In this document: positions 10,726-20,332 of the stretch, piece by piece
How positions within the stretch are numbered: position 1 is the stretch's first letter
Layout: each line of letters opens with the position of its first letter
Assembly (NCBI GenBank): GCA_039809385.1
Contig: JBDHUY010000003.1
Span: 1-64,000 of the forward strand
Source of the DNA: Candidatus Altimarinota bacterium
Lineage (GTDB): Bacteria; Patescibacteriota; Gracilibacteria; JBDHUY01
Direction of reading: 5' to 3'
DNA: 64,000 nucleotides
Made by a program: the position numbers and the translations under genes
The notes under the pieces: generated by a model
Databases searched by the model: none
Told to the model about the DNA's origin: nothing
What the model saw: only the letters and a program-made list of their open reading frames with translations

Positions 10726-10986
10726 AGGAAATAATAAAAAAAATAAAAAAACCAACTTTTATTCTAACGGCTGGTTTGTAAGATACAAGCTTTATTTTCA
10801 ATATATACGTATAGTACTGATTCCTGTTTTATCGCGATGACTATTCTTACGTTGCAATCGATGAATAGAAGATCCCTGTCAAGCTTCTTGTCCATGTATA
10901 TGACCTGGATAGCGCTTTGCTCGGGCATCTTTTTTTGCAATTGACCTGTCCTATCGGGGTATGTATGATAAGCTCTTTTCAACTTT

Positions 10987-12414
10987 ATGCAAAAACCATC
11001 TATGAAACTCTCAGACAAAGTTCTCGTAGTTCCGGACGCGAGTCTTGTGCCACAATTTCCGGTATCAAATCGAGTACAGTTCTCCCGTCGTGAGATAACA
11101 CAGATGCTTCTTACAGCCGGATTGGGATTCTTGATCAATGGATGTTCTTCTTCGGAAAATACGCACACTGCTCCTCAGGCGAAAGAGGCTCCGCCGTCGG
11201 CTATTGCCGAAAACCAGCCCATATTGTTAAGTCCGCTGGAGCAAAACGATATGGTGGGAATACCGTCCTATACGCTTACGAATACTCCTTCGGTTGTTCA
11301 AAAAATACCAGAAATTTCGCTGAATGAAAAAGAACTCGCGATCGCGGCGGCTCGGCTGGCCGAAGTAACCAGGCAGGGATTTGATACCCGCTATATCCCC
11401 AATGCACGCCAGTATCCAAACAATCTGGATCAAGTGGCTCTCGATTTTATGGACTTTCTTTTTACCAACTTTCGAAACATCCAAACTCCTTTGCCCATAC
11501 GAGAGGCGATCGGGAAATATCTTTCGAATCCGGGCTATAATCCAGCAAAACTGGTACCGCGGGCGGACTTTCTCAATCAATTCTTGATTCCAGGAGGATA
11601 TTATTTGGATGTTGGACCGGATTTTACCACCGGAAAGCCATTTGTAAACTTGTATACGATTACGCGGCACAGAACCGCCCGGGCTCAGCACAAAGATCTG
11701 CAAGTAACTGCGCCGATTTTTTATTTGGATCAACCCCATCTCCCGGAGGAAAAGGGAAAAAATCAGGGACCCGCAATAGCTTTGAGCGATTTGGAGCGAA
11801 AACGGATCTTGTACTATCCGTCCAGATTGGAGCGTGAAACGAGAAATATCATGATGGATCTGTCACAGTATCCTCGCTTCTCCCAACCGATCACAGACGA
11901 TCAGATTTGGGAATTCGGCGAAGAGTGCTTGGGGCATGAAATTGCGGGTCACTTTATTCTGGCCCGGCTCTTTCCAAAAGTCGCCGGTCATCTCGATCCC
12001 ACCAAGCTGTATCCGATTGAGACAAGGATACAGGTCGGCGAAAAAGCTCTGGATCTTCGTTATTCTTTGCCTAATATCGTGCTGCATGAACTGGCAAGTA
12101 TTGGTAAGCAGCTTGCAACAAACGGAGAATATCCCCTGGCGCACGGATTTTTTCTAACGCGTACTGCCAGTGTAGCGCAAGATCAGCTCACGCCCCTCCT
12201 GTTGTCTTTTGCTACGCTGCAAGCGGCTACAGATAGTCCGCTCAAAACAAATATTCTAAGAGAGATTGTAAAAACCGGACAGATCCGGATTCCAGAGGTG
12301 ATACGCTTAATGAGTACCGCACCTTTCACGATCAATGATACGCGACGGACCGGAGAAATTTTGTTTCGGTTCGCCTGTGAAAAACTCCGCCAGCTGGAAG
12401 AAAAAGCCCCGTAA
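10987..12414 (+). CDS. Exported hypothetical protein, possible zincin-like metalloprotease
   Basis: SRRE + hydrophobic stretch + INGC leader; GHEIAGH motif and downstream HE. Confidence 0.6.
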   Translation: MQKPSMKLSDKVLVVPDASLVPQFPVSNRVQFSRREITQMLLTAGLGFLINGCSSSENTHTAPQAKEAPPSAIAENQPILLSPLEQNDMVGIPSYTLTNTPSVVQKIPEISLNEKELAIAAARLAEVTRQGFDTRYIPNARQYPNNLDQVALDFMDFLFTNFRNIQTPLPIREAIGKYLSNPGYNPAKLVPRADFLNQFLIPGGYYLDVGPDFTTGKPFVNLYTITRHRTARAQHKDLQVTAPIFYLDQPHLPEEKGKNQGPAIALSDLERKRILYYPSRLERETRNIMMDLSQYPRFSQPITDDQIWEFGEECLGHEIAGHFILARLFPKVAGHLDPTKLYPIETRIQVGEKALDLRYSLPNIVLHELASIGKQLATNGEYPLAHGFFLTRTASVAQDQLTPLLLSFATLQAATDSPLKTNILREIVKTGQIRIPEVIRLMSTAPFTINDTRRTGEILFRFACEKLRQLEEKAP

Positions 12415-12526
12415 TTCTCTTTTTCGTACTGTCAACCTAAGGCGGATCTTTGATCTATATTACGGGGAAACAAAAAATGAGTCCCTCTATTCTACCGTCC
12501 CGAAAATCTGGTTTTCCGCAAAAATC

Positions 12527-13348
12527 TTATACTCCTTCCAAATTTACTAATTCCACCTGCCTAGGCGCTATCTGTTCTCCCAAAAAACGGCTTCCCAGAG
12601 CAGTGAATCGGGCTGGGTCGTCACTGGTGAAAAACTTGCTTTGTGCTTTTCGTTCCAGATTCTTTTCTACTTCGGGGTGGCGCGACAAATAATCGACCAG
12701 TTTCTCGGCCGTGGCCGTTGCGCTCGACACGATCCTGACCCGCTGTCCGATCTTGCGGTGAAATTCGCTTTCCAGAATCGGGTAGTGTGTGCAGCCTAAA
12801 ACGAGTGTGTCGATATGGCAGGATTTCAGTCGTAGCAGATATTTTTTCAGAATCATGCGCGTCTCCGGCTTTTTTTCCCAACCCTCTTCTATTAACGGCA
12901 CCAGCAGGGGACAGGCTTGCTGGTATACTTGCACTGTAGTATCCAGCTTTTTCAATTCCCGTTCGTACGCTCCCGATAACACGGTCGAACGGGTAGCCGC
13001 TACGCCGATGATGTTTGTTTTACTTGTTTCCAAGGCTTTCTCGACCGTCGGACGAATAACTCCCAGCACTTTCAAGGCGGGATATTTTTCGGGTAAATAC
13101 TCCTGTTGTATGCGTCGCAACGCTTCGGACGAAACCGTATTGCAGGCAAAAATGATCAGAGTGGCCCCTTGCCGCACTAAAAAATCGACGGCTTGGCGGG
13201 CATAGCGGTATAAGGTTTCTTGGGTTTTATTTCCGTAGGGCATCCGGGCGCTGTCTCCCAAATAGGCATATGTGTAATCTGGCAGTCGTTCCCGTATTTC
13301 ACGCAGTACGGTAAGGCCGCCGAAACCGGAATCAAAAAGTCCAATCAT
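12527..13348 (-). CDS. murI: Glutamate racemase
   Basis: FDSGFGGLTV, ACNT, LGCTHYP catalytic motifs. Confidence 0.97.
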   Translation of the reverse strand: MIGLFDSGFGGLTVLREIRERLPDYTYAYLGDSARMPYGNKTQETLYRYARQAVDFLVRQGATLIIFACNTVSSEALRRIQQEYLPEKYPALKVLGVIRPTVEKALETSKTNIIGVAATRSTVLSGAYERELKKLDTTVQVYQQACPLLVPLIEEGWEKKPETRMILKKYLLRLKSCHIDTLVLGCTHYPILESEFHRKIGQRVRIVSSATATAEKLVDYLSRHPEVEKNLERKAQSKFFTSDDPARFTALGSRFLGEQIAPRQVELVNLEGV

Positions 13349-13429
13349 AAGAAGGAAATTATGTGATGAGTGTACGATCTGCATAGAAAAATGCAAGGAT
13401 CTTGAATATCCTCACTCTGCAAGTAATTT

Positions 13430-13560
13430 CAAATGCCAAAATACAAATGCCAAAACAAATATCAAAGTACTAAATCCAAAAAGCCTTAGAATTTAAGAGC
13501 TATCTTTTGAGCTTTGGCATTTGAGATTCTTTTGATATTTGTTATGCGAACTTTGAGTTT
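13430..13560. repeat. Inverted heptad-repeat array (CAAAnnn arm / TTTG arm)
   Basis: CAAA at 13430, 13437, 13444, 13451; AAATGCCAAA pairs with TTTGGCATTT and CAAATATCAAA with TTTGATATTTG. Confidence 0.7.
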
Positions 13561-13670
13561 GTGCATATTAAGGACAGATTGTTAAATATATTTTACAAAT
13601 AAAAATGTTTTGCCATATCTGATTTTTTTGTAAAAAAGAAATAAAAATTTTTTATTGAGGATTTTTTGTG

Positions 13671-13718
13671 ATACTATATATTGTGTTCGGTTTCAGTATT
13701 TGTATCTAAATATTGTGT
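13671..13718 (+). promoter_or_regulatory. Tandem NrdR boxes overlapping an extended -10
   Basis: ATACTATATATTGTGT (13671) and TATCTAAATATTGTGT (13703), 32 bp apart, match acaCwAtATaTwGtgt; TGnTACTAT overlaps box 1. Confidence 0.8.
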
Positions 13719-13720
13719 TT

Positions 13721-15583
13721 ATGTCTGATGGCACTCCAACAGCTGTGGAGAGAGAAAACCGTGCGGTCACTCTATACGAAACGTCTGACCGTGCTTCCGA
13801 AATGTCTCCGGATCTGGAGCAGTCTATCGAAAAAGTCCGTCAGGATCTGGCCCGGGCTTTTTGGCAGGAAAAAACTCTCTCTGTCGATGAATACCGGAGT
13901 TATCTCAAACACCTGCATCGTCTGGATTCGGCTTTGCAGAGCGTATCCCTTTCTCCTGCGCAAAAGGCCAAGCGGGTTCAAACGTTGCACGAACTGTTGA
14001 CCGAAAATCTGTCGACCAACACTCAGCGTAAAGAACGCGAAAATCAGATGTTGCAATTGATCGATCAGAGCGGAGTTTTTACCACGCAGGAAAAAGAAGC
14101 ATGGATCAAGGGCGCTCGCGACGTCACCGAACGATACAATACGCGCAGTGTAAGAACCAAGCAGGAATGGACTCAATTGAAAAATGAATCAATGACCCAG
14201 CTGGACGAACTGCTGGCTTTTTTACCCGATTTCGTACGTAGCGGCGTCGAACAACTTGCGCGGTTTCAGGCTTTGGAAAGTACGACCCAGACGGCTGCTA
14301 TGGGAAATTTTTCCGTTCTCAAAAGGACTGATATTGTCTCTTCAACAGTCTTTTTATCCCAAGTTTACCCGTTACGGAAAGGCTATATGAAGGAGCTTGA
14401 AACCAAGCTGGGCGAAGAGTTTCAGGCCTTTCAGAAAAAATACACCGCTTTTTTGCCCCTTCCCGAACTGGAAAAGCGCTGGCAGGAAAAGGGCGAACTG
14501 CACGAGAAGTTTCAACTTCTGGCAACGTGGTACGCTCAGGCTGCGGATCAGCAACAACAGGAAACCGATAAGCAGGCTTTACTGCGAGAAAAAAAAGCCG
14601 CCATGGGAATCGCCTTGAAGGAGAGCCATCCGAGCAAAGTCCTCGAAATGTTGCAAACTCTAGAGCCCGGGGAATCTGTCGATCTCTCTCTCTCTCTCGA
14701 TTTTGAAGCTCTTCGCAAAGAGGCTTCTGCCCGTCTCAAAGAGCGTGGCGTCTTGATGGTACGTGCCGAACAGTCCGCCCAACAAAACAACTTGGAGATG
14801 TCCCGGACGTTGTACGAACAAGCCGGACAGATCGAAGCCGATGCCGGTATCGGCTTGATTATTCAGGGCATTGATGCCAAAAAAACTGCGTTGCAGCATT
14901 TCGAAACGTATCTGGGACATGTCGAAAAAGGTGATTCGCATTCGGCCCATATCTTTAAACAGAAAGCTCACGAACATCCCGAAATTGCCCGGGATCCTGT
15001 TCTGCTGGAACGTGAGCGTCAGGCTCTGGATAGAGCTCGCCATGCAGAGGCGGTTCATACGCTGACCGGATTCAGTAAAAGTCAGATCTGGCAAACTTTA
15101 GGAAAGGAAGAAGAGTTGCTCGCCGCAGTTGAAAAAGATATGAAAGAACATAGAGAGGATATCCGCTCTCACACAGATACCTCGGTCAAGGCGCGTCTTC
15201 TGGAAAAGGCCGCCGATGCATCGGCTGCCGATAAGACAGCTACGGAACGTCGCATCGAACAAAAGACCTCACACCTGAATGATGCCGAAAAACAGGAGAG
15301 CGATACGGTAGCGTTGACTATTGGCGATGAGCATAACCAACTCGAACATATTACCAAGACTGTCAAAGATTTCCATGAACATACCGATCGTGCCAATCGA
15401 AAAACAAAGCATGTGCGTTTCAAACAGAAAGACATCTCCGACGATTTGACGGTGGCGGAGGCACAACAAGTACTGGGACAGAAAAAGGTGCTTGCCTTTA
15501 CCCGCCAAAAACAAACGCTCGAACAACAAACCGGCACCGATCTGTCCGATGTTCACGTCCAAAAACTCGAACAGGCGGCTTAG
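13721..15583 (+). CDS. Large helical/coiled-coil hypothetical protein with TPR-like segments
   Basis: Long E/Q/K/L-rich ORF; ATG 13721 directly after the NrdR boxes. Confidence 0.8.
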   Translation: MSDGTPTAVERENRAVTLYETSDRASEMSPDLEQSIEKVRQDLARAFWQEKTLSVDEYRSYLKHLHRLDSALQSVSLSPAQKAKRVQTLHELLTENLSTNTQRKERENQMLQLIDQSGVFTTQEKEAWIKGARDVTERYNTRSVRTKQEWTQLKNESMTQLDELLAFLPDFVRSGVEQLARFQALESTTQTAAMGNFSVLKRTDIVSSTVFLSQVYPLRKGYMKELETKLGEEFQAFQKKYTAFLPLPELEKRWQEKGELHEKFQLLATWYAQAADQQQQETDKQALLREKKAAMGIALKESHPSKVLEMLQTLEPGESVDLSLSLDFEALRKEASARLKERGVLMVRAEQSAQQNNLEMSRTLYEQAGQIEADAGIGLIIQGIDAKKTALQHFETYLGHVEKGDSHSAHIFKQKAHEHPEIARDPVLLERERQALDRARHAEAVHTLTGFSKSQIWQTLGKEEELLAAVEKDMKEHREDIRSHTDTSVKARLLEKAADASAADKTATERRIEQKTSHLNDAEKQESDTVALTIGDEHNQLEHITKTVKDFHEHTDRANRKTKHVRFKQKDISDDLTVAEAQQVLGQKKVLAFTRQKQTLEQQTGTDLSDVHVQKLEQAA

Positions 15584-15664
15584 GAGTAGGGTAGTAATCA
15601 GCCCCCCAAGAAGCGTCAGTCAGAGGCAGATTCTCAAGCGACATGCGCAATAATACGTTGCCCC

Positions 15665-15696
15665 ATACCAAATACGTAATACCAGATACTTTATAC
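15665..15696 (+). repeat. Five ATAC heptads in the nrdJ leader
   Basis: ATAC at 15665, 15672, 15679, 15686, 15693. Confidence 0.75.
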
Positions 15697-15722
15697 TTTG
15701 TTTTCCTAACTCTCTGTCTCCT

Positions 15723-17969
15723 ATGACAACCACGCTCCAAATGATCCGCAAAAGGAATGGCGAAATGGCTCCGTTTGACCCTGATAAGATTACCGAAGCG
15801 GTCTGGAAAGCCGCCCAGGCGGTTGGCGGAACCGACAAATCTATCGCCGAAGAGCTGACCCGTATGATTGTGACCGTGCTGGAAGAAGCCTATCAGGGGG
15901 ACAACTACCCGAATGTCGAACAGATTCAGGATGTGGTTGAACGTATGCTCATCAAAACCGGTCACGCCAAAACCGCCAAAGCCTTCATCATCTACCGCAA
16001 CGAGCGTTCCAAGATGCGCGAGGAGGAAGGGGAAGTGCCGGAAAAAGTAAAACAGCTGGTCACTCAAAGTAAGCAGTATTTTCATAACGATCTGGCGGAA
16101 TTCGTCTACTATCGCACCTATTCCCGCTGGGTTGAAGCGGAGGATCGCCGTGAAACATGGATTGAAACCGTGGACCGGTATATGTCCTTTATGGCAGAAA
16201 ACCTCAAAGATAAATTGAGCGAGAAAGAATATACTGAGATCCGGAATTTTATACTGGAACACAAATCGGTACCGTCGATGCGTCTGTTGCAATTTGCCGG
16301 CAAAGCGGCCCGGACTACCAATGTATGCGCCTATAACTGCTCGTTTATAGCTCCCACCCTGCTGCAGGATTTCGGTGAGATCGCCTATATTTTGATGTGC
16401 GGTACGGGGGTTGGTTTCTCGGTCGAATACCAGACCGTCGAGACTTTGCCTCAAATCAAACGGCAGACCGGTACGATGCTGACGGATTATATTATTGAAG
16501 ACAGTAAGGAAGGCTGGGCTGATGCGATTGTTTATGGTATGCAGACTTGGTATGACGGCAAAGATGTGCGGTTTGATTATAGCAAAATCCGGCCGGCCGG
16601 GTCCCGCCTGAAGACCATGGGCGGCCGCGCTTCCGGTCCCGGACCGCTGCGGGATCTGATGGATTTTATGCGCAATCGTATTCTGGCCCGTCAGGGACGA
16701 CGTTTAAAAACAATCGACGTTCACGATGTTATCTGCAAGATCGGCGAGGTCGTGGTAGCCGGGGGAGTGCGCCGCAGCGCGCTCATTTCCCTTTCCGATC
16801 TGGACGATCAGGAGATGCGCAACAGCAAGATCGGTACGTTTTATTATCACAGTCCGCAGCGCAGCATGGCCAACAATTCGGCCATCTATAACAGCAAGCC
16901 GACGCCTGAGGAATTTATGGAAGAATGGCTCGCTCTGATGAAATCCGGTACCGGCGAACGCGGTATATTTAACCGCGGTTCTTTGCGCGACCAACTTCCG
17001 GCCCGCCGGGTCGAACTGGTCGACGAAGGTTTGAATATCATGGGGACCAATCCGTGCGGCGAAATTATCCTGCAATCCAAACAGTTCTGTAACTTGACCG
17101 AAGTGATCGCCCGGCCCGAGGATACCGAAGCTACGCTCATGGAAAAGATTCGTGTAGCCACGATTCTGGGAACCTACCAGGCGACCCTGACCAATTTTCC
17201 GTACCTGTCCAAAGACTGGCAGCAAAACTGCCGTACCGAACGGTTGCTCGGGGTTTCGATCACGGGCCAGTGGGACTGTCCGGCGGTCCGCGAATCGGCC
17301 ATGTTGCAAAAACTCAAAACCAAAGCTCAAGAGGTCAATCAGGAATATGCCAAGCGTTTCGGCATTAACCCTTCTACCTGTATCACCTGCGTCAAACCTT
17401 CCGGAAATACTTCCCAAACCACCGATTCTTCTTCGGGACTGCATCCCCGCTATTCCCCCTACTATCTGCGCCGCGTTCGTATTTCGGCGACCGATCCACT
17501 GTTTCACATGCTGAGGGACCAGAAAGTTCCCTATTATCCCGAAGTCGGCCAGACGATGGAAAATGCCACAACATTTGTCGTAGAATTTCCGATCAAATCG
17601 CCTGACGGAGCGATCTGCCGCAACGATATTACGGCGCTGGAACAGCTCGAATATTGGAAAAATGTCAAAGAGAGCTATACCGAACACAACCCTTCGGTGA
17701 CTGTCTATGTGGGTGAACAGGAATGGTTTGAGGTAGGTAACTGGGTCTATAAAAATTGGGATATCGTCGGCGGTATTTCGTTCCTGCCGCGCAGCAATCA
17801 TGCTTATGCCTTGGCTCCGTATCAGGAGATTACCAAAGAAGAATACGAGGCTGCCCGGGCCAATTTTCCGCAACTGGATTTCAGCGATCTGGTGCTCTAT
17901 GAAAAAAGCGACGAAACCGAAAATAAACGTGAAATCGCCTGTGCCGGCGGCGCCTGCGAATTGAACTAG
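15723..17969 (+). CDS. nrdJ: Class II (AdoCbl-dependent) ribonucleotide reductase with ATP cone
   Basis: ATP cone (IRKRNG..FDPDKI), AYNC, GGVRRSA, GTNPCGE, VKPSGN, C-terminal CAGGACE. Confidence 0.95.
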   Translation: MTTTLQMIRKRNGEMAPFDPDKITEAVWKAAQAVGGTDKSIAEELTRMIVTVLEEAYQGDNYPNVEQIQDVVERMLIKTGHAKTAKAFIIYRNERSKMREEEGEVPEKVKQLVTQSKQYFHNDLAEFVYYRTYSRWVEAEDRRETWIETVDRYMSFMAENLKDKLSEKEYTEIRNFILEHKSVPSMRLLQFAGKAARTTNVCAYNCSFIAPTLLQDFGEIAYILMCGTGVGFSVEYQTVETLPQIKRQTGTMLTDYIIEDSKEGWADAIVYGMQTWYDGKDVRFDYSKIRPAGSRLKTMGGRASGPGPLRDLMDFMRNRILARQGRRLKTIDVHDVICKIGEVVVAGGVRRSALISLSDLDDQEMRNSKIGTFYYHSPQRSMANNSAIYNSKPTPEEFMEEWLALMKSGTGERGIFNRGSLRDQLPARRVELVDEGLNIMGTNPCGEIILQSKQFCNLTEVIARPEDTEATLMEKIRVATILGTYQATLTNFPYLSKDWQQNCRTERLLGVSITGQWDCPAVRESAMLQKLKTKAQEVNQEYAKRFGINPSTCITCVKPSGNTSQTTDSSSGLHPRYSPYYLRRVRISATDPLFHMLRDQKVPYYPEVGQTMENATTFVVEFPIKSPDGAICRNDITALEQLEYWKNVKESYTEHNPSVTVYVGEQEWFEVGNWVYKNWDIVGGISFLPRSNHAYALAPYQEITKEEYEAARANFPQLDFSDLVLYEKSDETENKREIACAGGACELN

Positions 17970-17975
17970 TTCACG

Positions 17976-18003
17976 AAAGGGCCGCATCAGCGGCCCTTTT
18001 TTT
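17976..18003 (+). terminator. Intrinsic terminator of nrdJ
   Basis: AAAGGGCCGC-ATCA-GCGGCCCTTT followed by T run. Confidence 0.9.
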
Positions 18004-18027
18004 ATTTTCTTTATTGATTCGATTTTT

Positions 18028-18552
18028 ATGTCTAATGCTGTACTTGAACTGGAAAGAACATATCTATTGCGTTTTTTACCGAATGACCTGGATGGGGCCG
18101 AACGAAAAGAAATGCTCGATATTTATCTTCCTACGACATCCGTACATCCGCATCTGCGTATCCGTAAAAATGGTGACAAATATGAGATCACAAATAAACA
18201 ACCTGTTTCTCAAAACGATGTTTCAAAAATGATCGAGCAAACAGTTGTATTAACATCGGAAGAATTCCAGGAACTGTCTGTGGTTCCGGGAAAACGGGTA
18301 CATAAGTTGCGGTATTTGTACCCGTGGAATGGTCGTTTTGCCGAAGTAGATGTTTTTCTCGATGAGCTTGAAGGTTTGATTCTGATGGACTTTGAATTTC
18401 AAAACGAAGACGAGATGCGAAATTTTATCCCGCCCGAATATTGTTTATCTGAAGTTACCCAGGAAGAAGCTATTGCCGGAGGATGGCTTGCTGGAAAGAG
18501 TTTTTCAGATGTTGAGCCGATTCTGAAAAAATACGGATTTTCCATTCGATAA
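18028..18552 (+). CDS. CYTH-like domain protein
   Basis: ELERTYL N-motif, LRIRK, KLRY, EVDVF..LEGL..DFEF. Confidence 0.8.
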   Translation: MSNAVLELERTYLLRFLPNDLDGAERKEMLDIYLPTTSVHPHLRIRKNGDKYEITNKQPVSQNDVSKMIEQTVVLTSEEFQELSVVPGKRVHKLRYLYPWNGRFAEVDVFLDELEGLILMDFEFQNEDEMRNFIPPEYCLSEVTQEEAIAGGWLAGKSFSDVEPILKKYGFSIR

Positions 18553-18637
18553 ATCCTCTTATTTTTTCTTATAAAGCTCACTTGATCTTGTATTACATTG
18601 TATGTACAAGAAATATACAATATATTGAAATAGCTAT

Positions 18638-18715
18638 ATGAGCACAATTATTCAGGCGCGTGTTCCTCGTGACCGTAAAGAAAGCATCATCGCGAAGTTT
18701 ATAGGAAGTACATGA
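18638..18715 (+). pseudogene. Truncated RelB/DinJ-like antitoxin fragment
   Basis: MSTIIQARVPRDRKE then early stop; palindromic TTGTA..TACAA sites upstream. Confidence 0.35.
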
Positions 18716-18737
18716 TATTATTTGCTTTTCCCACACT

Positions 18738-19340
18738 ATGACCAAACGTACCAAATTCATCTTTTTTGGATTAACCATACTTTTCGTGGTGCTCCTGGGA
18801 GGCGTGTGGGTACTTTCGGGCAAATTGAATCCGATCGCGACGCAAGTAGTGTCGACCCATCAGACGGTTGCCCGAAAGCTCGAGAATATCGGTAATCTCG
18901 AACTGGTGCGTTTCAGTATGAAAGACGTGGTGGAAGAAAAAATTCAACGCGAAGCTTTTGGACAGGATTTCCTACTCCCCGACAGTAAGGTGCTGGTTAT
19001 TGTCAGCAGCGATGCGGTAGCGTGTGTAAATTTGAAAAAGCTGGTTCCGTCCGATATCGCCGAAGATGGTACGAATGTCCGTATTCGTCTTCCCGAACCG
19101 GAAATTTGTCAGGCCACGGTCGACCATACCGCTTCCAAAATTTATGATGTAAATCTTACGGCTCGCCTGCTCGATCCCGAACTGATCGAAGATGCGTATA
19201 AAAACGCGGAACAAAAAGTAAAAGAAAAGGCTTTGGACGAAAATATTTTACAAAAGGCGCGCACAAGTGCCACCCAACTCCTGGTGCCCTTATTGCAGGG
19301 CTTGACCGACAAAACGGTTCTGATAGAATTTGCGTCTTGA
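18738..19340 (+). CDS. DUF4230-like membrane-anchored protein
   Basis: N-terminal TM; IGNLELV, ACVNL, LPEPEI, A..NIL..A pattern. Confidence 0.75.
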   Translation: MTKRTKFIFFGLTILFVVLLGGVWVLSGKLNPIATQVVSTHQTVARKLENIGNLELVRFSMKDVVEEKIQREAFGQDFLLPDSKVLVIVSSDAVACVNLKKLVPSDIAEDGTNVRIRLPEPEICQATVDHTASKIYDVNLTARLLDPELIEDAYKNAEQKVKEKALDENILQKARTSATQLLVPLLQGLTDKTVLIEFAS

Positions 19341-19394
19341 AAAATTAATACTGGTTTGCAATTTGGTACGTCCGGCAGAATAGTAGTATAATAC

Positions 19395-19540
19395 CAAAGT
19401 TCAAAATCCAAATGACCAAAGAAGTTCAAAGCTCAAAAAACCAATGTCGAAGATGAGGATTATAATTTCTTACCACAATTTTTTTGAGTTTTGATATTTG
19501 GTATTCTTTTGTCATTTAGGCTTTGTCATTTGAACTTTTT
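19395..19540. repeat. Inverted heptad-repeat array
   Basis: CAAAGTT CAAAATC CAAATGA.. arm followed by TTTGAGT TTTGATA TTTGGTA.. arm. Confidence 0.7.
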
Positions 19541-19638
19541 CTCTTTGATGCAAATGGATTTTACTATTCCATAGACATGGAATTAGTACTCAGTAGTAAA
19601 AAAATAAGAGGTCTGTTTTTAAAAAATATCTGGCTATT

Positions 19639-20106
19639 ATGGAACGTCTTGCTGTCGATCCGCGCTTGCCGGTCTCCACATATCCTCCCGATGTTCGCGA
19701 GAAAGCAGTTTTCCTCGCCTCCGATATGTTGTCTGAAATGATTAGAGACCGTTTGAGCGTCGTGCTTATTCCTGCGCCTGATCCGAAGTTCGTGAATCAT
19801 AATATCCGTGCCTGCGAAGGCAGTAATCCGGAATGGTATTCCTATCTGTGGAATAAATACTCCTATGCTCCCACAGGGCGTTATCGTAAAAATCGTTCTT
19901 TGATTCAACGTTCACGGGTCCAATCGGCGCTTAACAGAATCGTACAGGGAAAAGACCATGCCTTTCAGAAACGCTATGGCGGTTATGATTTTGCTATTCG
20001 CGAGATTATCTTGAACCGTATTGAAGAGTTGGAAGCAACCATTCCCGGCTTTTTCGATACCCTTGGTATTTCTGAAGAAACAACTATGAGTGAGATTCCT
20101 TTTTAA
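19639..20106 (+). CDS. Hypothetical protein with acidic IPF C-terminus
   Basis: 155-aa ORF ending ISEETTMSEIPF. Confidence 0.7.
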   Translation: MERLAVDPRLPVSTYPPDVREKAVFLASDMLSEMIRDRLSVVLIPAPDPKFVNHNIRACEGSNPEWYSYLWNKYSYAPTGRYRKNRSLIQRSRVQSALNRIVQGKDHAFQKRYGGYDFAIREIILNRIEELEATIPGFFDTLGISEETTMSEIPF

Positions 20107-20332
20107 TTACTGGCAAGCTACAAGATAGGTTCTCATGTTCGCTCGCTCTTTTCTTCCTGGCCTGATTCCTGCATATCACGATGTCGTTCAAAAAGGTATC
20201 CTTGATTCTGCTTCCAACACAGCCCGCTGGGCTATTGTTTTCTTTATGGATGCCGGGCCTTTACCTGTAGCAAAGACCATTAATACGAACCACCGAACTA
20301 TCGACAAACTTTTACATTTTCAATAATTAGAC

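Noticed and set aside
16704-17987. 427-aa antisense ORF and similar shadows (29059-30237, 45555-46403, 15498-16454)
   Set aside because: They mirror well-conserved sense genes; codon-bias shadow ORFs
20135-20326. 63-aa ORF before the NUDIX gene
   Set aside because: No motif recognised; cannot tell a gene fragment from chance
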